DNA of 63,253 nucleotides, counting the filler, from Bradymonadales bacterium (GTDB taxonomy: Bacteria > Bdellovibrionota > UBA2394): the NCBI GenBank assembly GCA_007693605.1. It is 7 parts of 7 records of this genome, joined end to end, with 100 filler letters (N's around TTAATTAATTAA, not from the genome) between each part and the next. Parts side by side here need not be neighbours in the genome. Positions count along the whole stretch, not along the records: positions 1 to 9,914 come from REDG01000012.1; positions 10,015 to 19,514 come from REDG01000014.1; 5 more parts are not named here. One strand, given 5' to 3'. A program made the position numbers and the translations under genes. The notes beneath the pieces are model-generated. The model had not been told where the DNA came from. It searched no databases and saw only the letters and a list, made by a program, of their open reading frames with translations. Below are positions 1-10,720 of the stretch, one piece after another (position 1 is the stretch's first letter; each line of letters starts with the position of its first letter).

Positions 1-2
1 AT

Positions 3-1538
3 GGCGACGGCAACGAGATCTTTGAGTGGAGTCAAACGAGAAGACTGGAAGAGCGGCGAATTCCCGTAGATCGCTTGCTTGGGCGACAAAACCGACGGGC
101 CCTTTACTCCGAGGTCAGGGGAGTGGTGAACAGTTCAAATCCCTGGATCGTATTCAACTCGACGATTGATCCCTTTCTGCCGAGCTTTCTTTTTGCGACG
201 AGTTTTCGACAAGGAGGCAATTCTCGAGAAGAGATTGTCGTTCTGGCGGAGATCTATGCCGAGCCGCTCTTTCGTCAAGTCGAAAGTCGAAGCGGTCAGG
301 AGCTCATCTTGATTGACTCGCATCAGAACATTCTCCTGTCGAGTCGAGCCGGTTGGGACCCAAGCCACATCGCCTTTACAGATGAACAGGTTTTAAGTCG
401 GATTCGAGGCCTAGAGTTGGGGACGTCCGAATTGAGAAGCTTCAGCTATCCCAACCGAGAGGCTCAGATCACTTGGATTCACAAGTTTCGAGAGGGAAGT
501 GGTTTGACCCTGGTCTTGAGAGAGCCCGAATCCAATTTGACGGCAGGACAAGATCGCATTCTTTGGAGGAGTTCGATTGTGGGAGGAATCGTTCTCGTCA
601 TCGCTCTGAACTTGATTATCTTGCTGGGTGGTCGTATCACTCGACCCCTTCGGCAACTCAATGAACTGATGGAAAAAGTCGGAAAAGGCGAGTTTAGCGG
701 GCGGATCGAGCTGAGATCAAAAGATGAGATTGGCCAGCTCGCCAAGGGATTTAACCGTATGTTGACGGACCTCGGAGAGAGAGAGCAGGAGATTAATCGA
801 GCGAAACAGAAACTGATTCAATCAGAGAAGATGTCTGCTTTTGGGCAGATGTCTGCGGGCATTGCGCATGAGGTGAAGAATCCCCTGGCCGGCATTCTTG
901 GTTATTCCCAAATTCTGAAAAAGAAACTTGAGGATCGACCAGATCTTATCGCTCATGCGGAGATCATCGAAAAGGAGACCCTTCGATGCAAAGAGATCGT
1001 CGAAAATTTGATGAAGTTCGCTCGCCAAGAGAAGTCAAGCATGAGCAAGCTTGACCTAAACAAGGCTGTCCAAGATTCGGTTCGTCTGGTCGAACATCAG
1101 ATTACGGTTTCTGGAATTCGCATTCAGCAGAGTTACTTTGGGGACGGGGCTCCGATCTTCATTGACGGCAACGGCAACCAACTTCAACAGGTCATGTTGA
1201 ATCTGATGTTAAACGCTCAACATGCGATGGCCAATCGAGGCAGCCTCTCTGTGTCGACCCATGTCGAGGCAGCAAAAAAGAGGGCCGTAGTCTTGATTTC
1301 AGATACAGGCTGCGGAATGACCGATGAAGTAAAGAGAAGAATCTTTGAACCCTTTTACACCACCAAAGAGGTCGGCAAGGGAACGGGTCTCGGTCTTTCT
1401 GTCAGTCTTGGAATCATCAAAGATCACAAGGGACTGGTCGAAGTCGACTCCGAACCAGGTAAGGGCAGCACCTTCAAGCTCTATTTCCCTCTTCTTGACG
1501 CTCAAAAGTCTACCGAGCAGTCGGAGCAGGTGGCCTAG
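3..1538 (+). CDS. HAMP-domain sensor histidine kinase (NtrB/AtoS-like), 5' end outside window
   Basis: Frame is open from position 3. TM segment then HAMP, H-box AHEVKNPL, N-box QVMLNLMLNA, G-boxes DTGCGM, FYTTK, GTGLGLS. Confidence 0.92.
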   Translation, partial: GDGNEIFEWSQTRRLEERRIPVDRLLGRQNRRALYSEVRGVVNSSNPWIVFNSTIDPFLPSFLFATSFRQGGNSREEIVVLAEIYAEPLFRQVESRSGQELILIDSHQNILLSSRAGWDPSHIAFTDEQVLSRIRGLELGTSELRSFSYPNREAQITWIHKFREGSGLTLVLREPESNLTAGQDRILWRSSIVGGIVLVIALNLIILLGGRITRPLRQLNELMEKVGKGEFSGRIELRSKDEIGQLAKGFNRMLTDLGEREQEINRAKQKLIQSEKMSAFGQMSAGIAHEVKNPLAGILGYSQILKKKLEDRPDLIAHAEIIEKETLRCKEIVENLMKFARQEKSSMSKLDLNKAVQDSVRLVEHQITVSGIRIQQSYFGDGAPIFIDGNGNQLQQVMLNLMLNAQHAMANRGSLSVSTHVEAAKKRAVVLISDTGCGMTDEVKRRIFEPFYTTKEVGKGTGLGLSVSLGIIKDHKGLVEVDSEPGKGSTFKLYFPLLDAQKSTEQSEQVA

Positions 1539-3190
1539 TGAGTCAAAGCTTTGATAAGTCCAAGGTGAAGGTGTTGGTCGTCGACGATGAACAGTCCATT
1601 CGAGACATGCTTTGCCTCACTTTAAAAGAGGATGGCTGGGATGTGCGAGCTGAGGAGAACGGACAAAAGGCCTGGGATCGGCTGCAACAAGAGAGCTTTC
1701 ATATTGTTCTGAGTGACATCAATATGCCGGAGCTAAAGGGAACGGAGCTCCTGAAGCGAGTAAAGCAGTCATTTCCGCTGACGGAATTTCTTATCATGAC
1801 CTCTCAAGCAACGCTCGAAACAGCCATTACCGCAATCAAGCACGGCGCTTATGATTACCTTCATAAGCCCTTTGATGACCTTCAATCCGTTTGTCGAAAG
1901 CTCGAGCAGGTTGCAGACAGAATATTCTTAAGGCAACAAAATCAAGAACTCATGCGTCGCTTGAAAGCGGCAGGCCAAGACTTGAAGAGTCTCTTAGATA
2001 GCATTCGTCCGCTCTCTGGGGTTCTAGAGATGAAGTCGCTTCGAGAGACGGCGATTGAGCAGGTTTTGAGATTGTTTCAAGGGTCGTCTTCTCGCTATGC
2101 CTGGTTGACGCAAGACGCCGAAGGGCATTGGAAGACGGAGTGGACGAGTGAGATCGGGCTTAAGCAGAGCTCTTGGGATAGCCTCGAGAGCTTTCGATCT
2201 CAAACCGAGTCATGGAAAAATTCCGAATTTTTAATTTTTGAGGGAGAAGGCGTTCACGAGGCCTTTCAATATGAGGCTTCAAAACTGGCGGTGGCCAGGG
2301 TCTTCTCGCAGCAGCTCGAAACCTGTTTCGAGAAGATAAAGAAGCATCTGGAGCTTGAAGCTCTTGCGACAAAAGACGGCTTAACGAAACTTTACAATCA
2401 TCGCTATTTTCAGGATCGCCTAAGACAGGAGATCTCGTTGGTTAAACGCCAGAAGAAAGAGTTGAGCCTTATCCTCTTAGATGTCGATCACTTTAAAAAC
2501 TACAATGACACTCATGGTCATCCTGCCGGAGACAAGTTGCTCAGAGATCTAGCCTCTCTCTTAGATCAAAAGACGACTCGCGATCATTCCTCTCCGATGC
2601 GTCGGGAGTCCGATGTCGTGGCGAGATACGGTGGCGAGGAATTCGCTCTCATTCTTCCATTTACCGGCAAAGAGGGAGCGCTGATTAAGGCAGAGCGAGT
2701 GCGAGCCGCCATTGAAGCTTATCCGTTTGAGCATCGAGAACAGCAGCCTATGGGCTCGATCACGGTCAGTATCGGTGTGGCCAGTTGCCCGGAAGATGCC
2801 GACCAAGCGGAGGAGCTCGTGAAGAGAGCGGACGAAGCTCTCTACCGCGCAAAGAAGGCCGGAAGAAATCAAGTGAGTTCGTTTGAAGCGAAGCTCTCTG
2901 AAGAGAGAGAGGTCGAAGCAAAAGGAGAATCTGTTCTTAAAAATGATGAGGAAGAGGCGCCTGCACGAAAGGAGGCCACGCTCGGTGCACTGCTGGATCC
3001 GACAGGAGAGCAGCCTCGACCGTCACTTGACGATCCCAGTTTGCAAATCTCCTATCACAAGCTTCAGGCGGAGGCCGGGGAGGTCAGTCAGTTGGTAGAA
3101 GAGATCGAGCTTTTGGGCAGAGATGAGGCTTCATCCGAAGAAGAAACAGAGCTTGAACTGGGTGCAGATAAAAAGGAGAGCTCTTCATGA
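1538..3190 (+). CDS. Response-regulator diguanylate cyclase (REC-GGDEF)
   Basis: N-terminal REC (VVDDE, SDINMP, HKPF), DGLTKLYNHR, intact GGEEF with RESD I-site; acidic C-terminal tail; overlaps HK stop. Confidence 0.93.
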   Translation: MSQSFDKSKVKVLVVDDEQSIRDMLCLTLKEDGWDVRAEENGQKAWDRLQQESFHIVLSDINMPELKGTELLKRVKQSFPLTEFLIMTSQATLETAITAIKHGAYDYLHKPFDDLQSVCRKLEQVADRIFLRQQNQELMRRLKAAGQDLKSLLDSIRPLSGVLEMKSLRETAIEQVLRLFQGSSSRYAWLTQDAEGHWKTEWTSEIGLKQSSWDSLESFRSQTESWKNSEFLIFEGEGVHEAFQYEASKLAVARVFSQQLETCFEKIKKHLELEALATKDGLTKLYNHRYFQDRLRQEISLVKRQKKELSLILLDVDHFKNYNDTHGHPAGDKLLRDLASLLDQKTTRDHSSPMRRESDVVARYGGEEFALILPFTGKEGALIKAERVRAAIEAYPFEHREQQPMGSITVSIGVASCPEDADQAEELVKRADEALYRAKKAGRNQVSSFEAKLSEEREVEAKGESVLKNDEEEAPARKEATLGALLDPTGEQPRPSLDDPSLQISYHKLQAEAGEVSQLVEEIELLGRDEASSEEETELELGADKKESSS

Positions 3191-5052
3191 ACAAACCTCA
3201 AGTTCATTCTGAAGAGTCTCCATTCAGAATTCTCATTGTAGATGACGACTTGAGCATTCTGAATCTGCTTCGTGAATTGATTGAGATGGTGCCGGGCTGT
3301 GTGGTTCTGACCGCATCGAAGCCCGATGATGCTATGAAGATCATTGCCCAAGAGCCAGTCGATGTTGTTTTTACAGACATCCATATGCCGGGTGTGACGG
3401 GTCTAGAAATGCTTGAAGACATTTTTTCTCTCGACCAGATCCCCGAGGTGGTCGTGATGACGGCCTACCCATCGGGAGAGATTGCTCAGAAGGCGATGGA
3501 ACTTGGGGTGAACAGTTTGTTGGCAAAGCCCTTTGAAGACATTTCATTAGTCGAAATTGAGTTGGGCAAGGCGATCAAGCGCATTCTTAGAAAGAAGCCC
3601 GCTGCATCAAAGCCCAGTTCAAGCAAAGGTCTGCCACAAGAGGAGGATCAAGACCCAGAGCTTCGACTGAGTCTTGACCCAGAGGCAGGCGCAGATCTCG
3701 TTGAGTTGGGCCAAGAAAAAAAGCACAGCCCAGAAGCGCCAGCGAAGGAGCCAGAGCCAGAACATGAGCCCTCAGCTTCGCCCACGCCCGTCTTGAAGGG
3801 GCCAGCCAATGAAGCGCCGATAGCAACTGAAAAGCTTGAGCCTTCGACAGATGTCAAACAAGAAGAGCAGGCGTGGAGCCGCGTTGTTGAGTCTGGGTCT
3901 GAGAAGAAGTCAGAATCAGAAGACAGTCTTACTCAGGCGCCTTTGTTTTCTGGAGACTTGCTTGAAAAGTTTGTTCGAGCAGAAATTCCCAGGGCCATTC
4001 GATACAAGAGAGCTTTTGTTCTAGGTTTGGTAGACATTCCTGAAAACCTTCAGGCCAAAAGCATCCAAGAGAGAAAGAAGTTTCGGGCCGAACGACTAAG
4101 GGATCTTCGAGGAGTACTTCGGGCTTCTGATTTATTGTTTGATTTGGGAAGAGAGGGAATGGCTTTTCTGGCCTTCGAGTGCAATCGAGCGGGCAGTCAG
4201 GTGATTCGATTCAAGTTGAGTCAGGCAGGATTTGAGTTCTTAGGTTTGAGTGTCTACCCCGCAGAGGCTGTCGACCTCGAAGGCCTTCTGGACAAGGCCA
4301 GACAAGACCTGCAGGAGAAAAGAAAGCAGAAGATTCTTCTTCTTGAGAGTGAGGAGTTCTTCGGTCGAATCGTTCAGAATATGCTGACCGATCCGAAGTA
4401 TCATGTGACTTGGATTCGATCTTACGAAGAAGCCTATCGACAGCTAGAGGATCAGGCGGAGTCGATTAAGCTCATGATCATTTCTTTGAAGAAAGACTCA
4501 GACCAGTGGGCGCTTCTGAGTCGTTTGAAGAAAGAGAAGATTCTTAAGTGCCCCATTCTTCTTTTCACGGAAGTGGCGGTCGAAGAGGGGTTGAGAAACA
4601 AGCTCCACAGTTTGGGTGTGAAGGGCATTGTGAAAAAGGGGGCGAGCCAAGAGGAGTTCTCTTATGTGGTTCAGTCTTTTGTGATGCACCACACCGTCCC
4701 ACTTTTGCGTAAAAACCCTCGAGCCCTCTCGACGCTTCCTGTCGTCTATCGTCATCAAGGGAATGAGGTTTCATCGAACACCTTTACCCTCAGTCGAGAC
4801 GGGGCCTTCATTCGAGACATGAGCCCTCCAGCCTCTGGGGAGAAGCTGGAGATTGAAGTCTTCATTCCAGGCCAAAAGGAGGCCCTACGGTGTCAGGCCG
4901 AGGTGCTGTATTCTGTGCCCTATTTTGTAGGGGTCAATCGCATTCATGTGCCTGGGATGGCCGTTCGGTTTGAGAACTTAACTGAATCGCAGATTCAGAT
5001 GCTCGACCTCTTTGTTTCGCAGGCGCTTACGGGTTATCTCATCGGCGACTAG
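3187..5052 (+). CDS. REC - degenerate GGDEF - REC-like - PilZ protein (probable c-di-GMP effector)
   Basis: REC with TDIHMPG; Pro/Glu linker; GGDEF-like segment LRASDLLFDLGREGM; second atypical REC; PilZ RKNPR...TLSRDGAF...GMAVRF. ATGA overlap with upstream gene. Confidence 0.8.
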   Translation: MNKPQVHSEESPFRILIVDDDLSILNLLRELIEMVPGCVVLTASKPDDAMKIIAQEPVDVVFTDIHMPGVTGLEMLEDIFSLDQIPEVVVMTAYPSGEIAQKAMELGVNSLLAKPFEDISLVEIELGKAIKRILRKKPAASKPSSSKGLPQEEDQDPELRLSLDPEAGADLVELGQEKKHSPEAPAKEPEPEHEPSASPTPVLKGPANEAPIATEKLEPSTDVKQEEQAWSRVVESGSEKKSESEDSLTQAPLFSGDLLEKFVRAEIPRAIRYKRAFVLGLVDIPENLQAKSIQERKKFRAERLRDLRGVLRASDLLFDLGREGMAFLAFECNRAGSQVIRFKLSQAGFEFLGLSVYPAEAVDLEGLLDKARQDLQEKRKQKILLLESEEFFGRIVQNMLTDPKYHVTWIRSYEEAYRQLEDQAESIKLMIISLKKDSDQWALLSRLKKEKILKCPILLFTEVAVEEGLRNKLHSLGVKGIVKKGASQEEFSYVVQSFVMHHTVPLLRKNPRALSTLPVVYRHQGNEVSSNTFTLSRDGAFIRDMSPPASGEKLEIEVFIPGQKEALRCQAEVLYSVPYFVGVNRIHVPGMAVRFENLTESQIQMLDLFVSQALTGYLIGD

Positions 5053-5201
5053 GGGAGTGGCGCTAAGGGCCCATCTGCTTTGTCGGCTTCGTCGCTGCGC
5101 TTCTCGAGTGGCATCATAACCACACTGCGATGCTCTCTCCTCGCCTTCGCGCATCTGGACCCTTATCGCCACTCCCCATGAACGGCTAAAGGCCCATCTG
5201 C
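5052..5201 (+). repeat. Family A ~125-bp hairpin repeat: full copy 5052-5177 plus start of a tandem copy
   Basis: Arms GGGGAGTGGCGCTAAGGGCCCATCTGC / GCATCTGGACCCTTATCGCCACTCCCC; core GTCGCTGCGCTTCTCGAGTGGCAT..AACCACACTGCGATGCTC shared with other copies. Confidence 0.95.
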
Positions 5202-5266
5202 TCTTGTCCGGCAAGACATAGAAACATGAATCAGAATTAAACTGGAGGGATGAACTTGAGTTCCCT

Positions 5267-5429
5267 TGGCCCGGAGGATTTAAAGGGAGCCGATGGGGCT
5301 CTCCGAGCGCCTGGATGGTAAAACGAAGTAAAAGATTGGTGGCGCGAGGAGGAGCGGGCCCTGGACGGTATCGAAGTTGTTTGGAATTCTAGGCGGTCCC
5401 CAGCGGATGCCTTTAAATCCTCCGGGCCA
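5267..5429. repeat. 163-bp long hairpin with perfect 20-bp terminal inverted repeat
   Basis: TGGCCCGGAGGATTTAAAGG (5267-5286) is the exact reverse complement of 5410-5429; inner pairings TGGGG/CCCCA and CGCCTGGA/TCTAGGCG. Confidence 0.85.
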
Positions 5430-5569
5430 TCGAGTCAAAGACTGCCTTGTCTGTGAAAGGGAACTAAGGGCCCATCTGCTTTCTCGGCAATCTCTTGAGC
5501 TGAAATCAATCGTAAAATCTTATATTTAGGCTAAAGATTCGATTTCTTTAAAAATCACTTCTGGGGCCC

Positions 5570-5597
5570 TTGACTTTAAGGGGCGGGGCTCTAAGTT
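5570..5597 (+). promoter_or_regulatory. Sigma-70-type promoter, probably leaderless, for fmdB-like/groES/groEL
   Basis: TTGACT-16 nt-TAAGTT, then 6 nt, then the GTG at 5604 with no SD. Confidence 0.55.
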
Positions 5598-5603
5598 TCG
5601 ATC

Positions 5604-5912
5604 GTGCCAATATACGAATACCGTTGCCTTCAGAAAAACAGGGTGTTTGAGAGCATTCAGCGCTCAGGAGAGGCTCCATTGGAGGTCTGTCCGACCTGTG
5701 GAGGCGAGGTGGAAAAACTGGTTTCGCTGGGGTCCTTTCAGTTAAAGGGCTCCGGATGGTATGTCACAGACTACAAAAAAGAGGGGTCGAGCCCTTCCGT
5801 AGAAAAGGAGACCTCTGGGGCTGGCGCTTCGGGGGACTCTGGTGCTAAGGAGGGAACCTCAGGCTCAAAACCGAAGGCTGAGCCAAAGGGCTCAGATAAA
5901 CCGAATAACTAG
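5604..5912 (+). CDS. FmdB-family zinc-ribbon protein
   Basis: MPIYEYRC...CPTCGG...[13 protein letters not shown] signature with low-complexity tail. Confidence 0.9.
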   Translation: MPIYEYRCLQKNRVFESIQRSGEAPLEVCPTCGGEVEKLVSLGSFQLKGSGWYVTDYKKEGSSPSVEKETSGAGASGDSGAKEGTSGSKPKAEPKGSDKPNN

Positions 5913-5923
5913 GAGGTAATTAT

Positions 5924-6211
5924 ATGATTCGTCCATTACAAGACCGTGTTTTGGTAAAGCGAATTGCAGAGGAAGAAAAAACCAAGGGCGGAATTCTCAT
6001 TCCCGATACGGCTAAAGAAAAGCCGATGGAGGGGGAAGTGATGGCCGTTGGAAATGGAAAAATTCTTGAGAACGGCAGCAAGGTGACTCCCGAAGTTAAA
6101 AAAGGGGATCGCATTTTGTTCGGAAAATATGCCGGAACGGAAGTCAAAATTGACGGAACCGAGCACTTGATCTTACGAGAAGACGACATTCTCGGGGTTC
6201 TTGAGAAGTAA
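5924..6211 (+). CDS. groES: Co-chaperonin GroES
   Basis: [35 protein letters not shown]. Confidence 0.98.
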   Translation: MIRPLQDRVLVKRIAEEEKTKGGILIPDTAKEKPMEGEVMAVGNGKILENGSKVTPEVKKGDRILFGKYAGTEVKIDGTEHLILREDDILGVLEK

Positions 6212-6218
6212 TTTATAG

Positions 6219-7883
<1,665 letters not shown>

Positions 7884-7944
7884 ATCGTTCTGACGAAAAG
7901 CCTTCGTAAGAGGGCTTGCCCGTCACTTCATTTGAAATCTAAGC

Positions 7945-7982
7945 AAGGGCGGAATGCGGAAAGCTTCCGCCCTTCTTTTTTT
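7945..7982 (+). terminator. Intrinsic terminator after groEL
   Basis: Stem AAGGGCGGAA/TTCCGCCCTT followed by a T run. Confidence 0.88.
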
Positions 7983-7999
7983 ACAGTTACCACTCCCGC

Positions 8000-8341
8000 T
8001 TACTCTGATGTGTTTTGGGTGTAGTACCGGAATCTATCTCGGATGAATTGAGAGTAGCTCAAGCCAAACTCTTGTTCGAGTCTTTCCAAAAAGTTCTGGA
8101 TTTCGTCGAGCAACAGCCGAAGCTCTTCTTCCTCTGTTTTGGGGTGGCCAGGTTTTTTGGGAATAGGGATGACCTTCGGACCAAAGCGATCCTGAAAGTC
8201 CCAACGCCTAAGGGATTCAAAAATGTTTTGAAAGGGATGGCTAAGCGTCAGATCTTGAAGAAACTCTTCGACCTCTTCTTGAATCCTCTGTTTGAAAGGA
8301 TCCAATGGCGCAGCCTTCTCTTGAGTAGATGATTCTTTCAT
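8000..8341 (-). CDS. Hypothetical helical protein (113 aa)
   Basis: ATG at 8341 preceded on minus strand by TATAAT and purine-rich GGGGATGAG; converges on the groEL terminator. Confidence 0.65.
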   Translation of the reverse strand: MKESSTQEKAAPLDPFKQRIQEEVEEFLQDLTLSHPFQNIFESLRRWDFQDRFGPKVIPIPKKPGHPKTEEEELRLLLDEIQNFLERLEQEFGLSYSQFIRDRFRYYTQNTSE

Positions 8342-8463
8342 AATCTCATCCCCTTTCTCAATTATAACAGGCTTTGAAAAAAGCTTCATCTGCTTGTTTA
8401 GCATTGATTTTGTGGGCTCGAAGCCTGTAGACAAGAGGGGTCTTGACAAAAGGAACACATCAA

Positions 8464-9855
8464 ATGGCAGGGACCGATCGAATTCGATCGATCAAAGAAA
8501 AAAAGTATTTCATTTTAGATACGAATGTGATTCTGCATGATCCGCAGGCTATTTTCGCTTTTGGCGACAATGTGGTGATCATTCCTATTCGCGTCATTGA
8601 TGAGGCCGACAACTTTAAAAGAGAGCTCAATGAAAAGGGAAAGAACGCCCGAACCTTTTCACGGCTTTTGGATGCCATGCGAGAGTTTGGGCATCTATCT
8701 GAGGGGGTACCCCTTGAAATTGCGGCTCAGGAGCTTGCCCCGCATAGTCGCAGTGGTCACGGAGGCGTGCTGAAGGTCCTGGTACGAGAGGTTGATCCGG
8801 ATCTTCAGCGGTTGTTGGGCCCTTACGGATCTGGCGATATCTCGATTTTGGCGATGGCATTGGAGCTCAAGAAAGAGGGGAAAAATATCGTCCTGGTGAC
8901 GAAGGATGTGAGTTTTAGAGTTCGGGCCGATGCTTTTGATGTCCCCTGTGTCGATTATCAGCCAGACAACAAGGTCAGCATCGACGAGTTAGATCCGGGT
9001 TGGCGGGACCTTCGCATTCCAACTTCAGAGCTTGAGAGCTTTTTCAAAAAGAAGGAGCTCGAAGCGCCAACAGGCGAGCCGCTGTTTCCGAACGAGTACT
9101 TTGTTTTGCGAGACGAAAACAACGACAAGAATAGTGCCTTGGCTCGTTTCGATGCCGAGGCCAAACGCTTGATCCCTATTCTAGAACTTCCGAAGGGTTT
9201 GTGGGGAGTTCAGCCGAGAAATAAAGAGCAAAGATTTGCAATCGACATGCTGATGAACGAAAAGATTCCTTTGGTCACTCTTTGTGGGAAGGCGGGCACC
9301 GGAAAGACCATGATGGCGTTGGCGGCCGGGCTGACGAAGGTCTTGGAAGAGAGCGTCTACACCAAAATGCTAGTCTCCCGTTCCATTTTTCCTCTGGGAA
9401 GAGATATCGGATTCTTGCCCGGTGAAATGGAGGAAAAGCTAAGACCTTGGATGCAGCCCATCTTTGACAACTTTGAGTTTCTTTTGAGCTCGAAGGCGGG
9501 CACGGGACGCGATCGGAGGGTTTCTTATAAGACGATCATGGATTTCGGTCAGGTAGAGATTGAGGCTCTGACTTATATTCGAGGCCGAACACTTCCTCAC
9601 CAATATTTGGTGGTGGACGAGGCCCAAAACTTAACTCCTCATGAGATAAAAACCATCATCACGCGAGTAGGTGAGGGAACGAAGATTGTTCTGACCGGAG
9701 ACCCCTTTCAAATCGACAACCCCTATATTGACGCATCAAACAACGCCGTCACCTATGTGGCAGAGAAATTCAAAGATTCCCCACTGGCAGCGCATATGGT
9801 CATGACGAAGGGGGAGAGGTCGGCATTGGCCGAAGTCGCCTCCAACATCCTCTAG
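8464..9855 (+). CDS. PIN-PhoH protein (PhoH2/YlaK-like ATPase)
   Basis: PIN LDTNVILHDP, LVTKD; PhoH GKAGTGKT, IGFLPG, YIRGRT, VDEAQN, GDPFQID. Start placed at ATG 8464 (ORF track 8443). Confidence 0.93.
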   Translation: MAGTDRIRSIKEKKYFILDTNVILHDPQAIFAFGDNVVIIPIRVIDEADNFKRELNEKGKNARTFSRLLDAMREFGHLSEGVPLEIAAQELAPHSRSGHGGVLKVLVREVDPDLQRLLGPYGSGDISILAMALELKKEGKNIVLVTKDVSFRVRADAFDVPCVDYQPDNKVSIDELDPGWRDLRIPTSELESFFKKKELEAPTGEPLFPNEYFVLRDENNDKNSALARFDAEAKRLIPILELPKGLWGVQPRNKEQRFAIDMLMNEKIPLVTLCGKAGTGKTMMALAAGLTKVLEESVYTKMLVSRSIFPLGRDIGFLPGEMEEKLRPWMQPIFDNFEFLLSSKAGTGRDRRVSYKTIMDFGQVEIEALTYIRGRTLPHQYLVVDEAQNLTPHEIKTIITRVGEGTKIVLTGDPFQIDNPYIDASNNAVTYVAEKFKDSPLAAHMVMTKGERSALAEVASNIL

Positions 9856-9914
9856 GACTGTCGCTAAAGGCCCATCTGCATCGGCGGCTGCGTCGCTGCG
9901 CTTCTCGAGTGGCA
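9855..9914 (+). repeat. Family A repeat, left half, cut by contig end
   Basis: GGACTGTCGCTAAAGGCCCATCTGC...CTCGAGTGGCA directly at the PhoH TAG. Confidence 0.93.
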
Positions 9915-10014
9915 NNNNNNNNNNNNNNNNNNNNNNNNNNNNNNNNNNNNNNNNNNNNTTAATTAATTAANNNNNNNNNNNNNNNNNNNNNNNNNNNNNN
10001 NNNNNNNNNNNNNN
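9915..10014. other. Artificial contig linker
   Basis: N44-TTAATTAATTAA-N44, stops in all six frames. Confidence 0.99.
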
Positions 10015-10069
10015 TTCGCGCATCTGGACCTTTATCGCCAGTCCCTTGGAATCGCTAAAAGCCCATCTG
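10015..10069 (+). repeat. Family A repeat, right arm plus start of next unit
   Basis: GCATCTGGACCTTTATCGCCAGTCCC...CGCTAAAAGCCCATCTG. Confidence 0.9.
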
Positions 10070-10134
10070 TTTTCTGAGAAATGAGGGGTGACCAAGGCTT
10101 GCCTCCCAGCCTCTGGGCTCGTTAGACTCCGTGA

Positions 10135-10695
10135 ATGAGATTGAAACCAGAAGAGTCGGCCAAGCTTGCAAAAAAGGCCGGAGACTTCATTCTTTCAGAC
10201 CCTCAAAATCAATTTAAAGTTCCCAGAGCGAAGATCTTTGAAGCCATTGAATCTTGTCTTCGGCAGCATTTCGAAGAAGAAAGACGAATTGAAGAAAGGG
10301 CAGAAGCCTTGTTCAAGGAGCGAGTCTCAGAAATGGAAGGGCTTCAGCGATCCAAAGCTCTTCAGATGATTCGGCAGCAGATTGCCACCGAAGAGAACTT
10401 CATTCTTTCTGGCGGGCCCGAGGGGCGTTTCAGTGCCGACAAGATTTCTCACCTGGCCCACTTGGTCGGTGACAAGCTTTATGACGATGACTTGATGGAT
10501 TTTCCAGACGAAGACGACGGACCCAAGGTCTTTAAGAAAATCTTTAGCGAATATTTTCATCAAGAAGAGGAAGCCTCTCAGCGGGCCGTTAAGAAGATAC
10601 AGTCTTTGTCGAGCCCGCCTTTTGAGGGCTCAAAGGAGTGGGACACTCTCTATCGCAAATACTTTGAAGAAGAGATGAGACGGCTAGGTCACTAG
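10135..10695 (+). CDS. DUF507-family protein (tandem domain)
   Basis: MRL start, two similar helical halves, C-terminal EGSKEWDTLYRKYFEEEMRR typical of DUF507; TTGCCT-18-TAGACT-6-ATG upstream. Confidence 0.8.
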   Translation: MRLKPEESAKLAKKAGDFILSDPQNQFKVPRAKIFEAIESCLRQHFEEERRIEERAEALFKERVSEMEGLQRSKALQMIRQQIATEENFILSGGPEGRFSADKISHLAHLVGDKLYDDDLMDFPDEDDGPKVFKKIFSEYFHQEEEASQRAVKKIQSLSSPPFEGSKEWDTLYRKYFEEEMRRLGH

Positions 10696-10720
10696 GGCCA
10701 GAGCGAAAAAAGGGAAGAGG

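Noticed and set aside
5052..5177. Family A as tRNA or self-cleaving ribozyme
   Set aside because: No T-loop (GTTCRA), anticodon arm or CCA; no hammerhead CTGANGA/GAAA core.
8464..9855. PIN-PhoH as a prophage marker
   Set aside because: Cellular PhoH2/YlaK architecture with no phage genes nearby.
9855..10045. Family A left half before the linker and matching right half after it, suggesting true adjacency
   Set aside because: The same arm subtype occurs at 29157 and near 37968, and contigs are length-ordered, so the fit can be chance.
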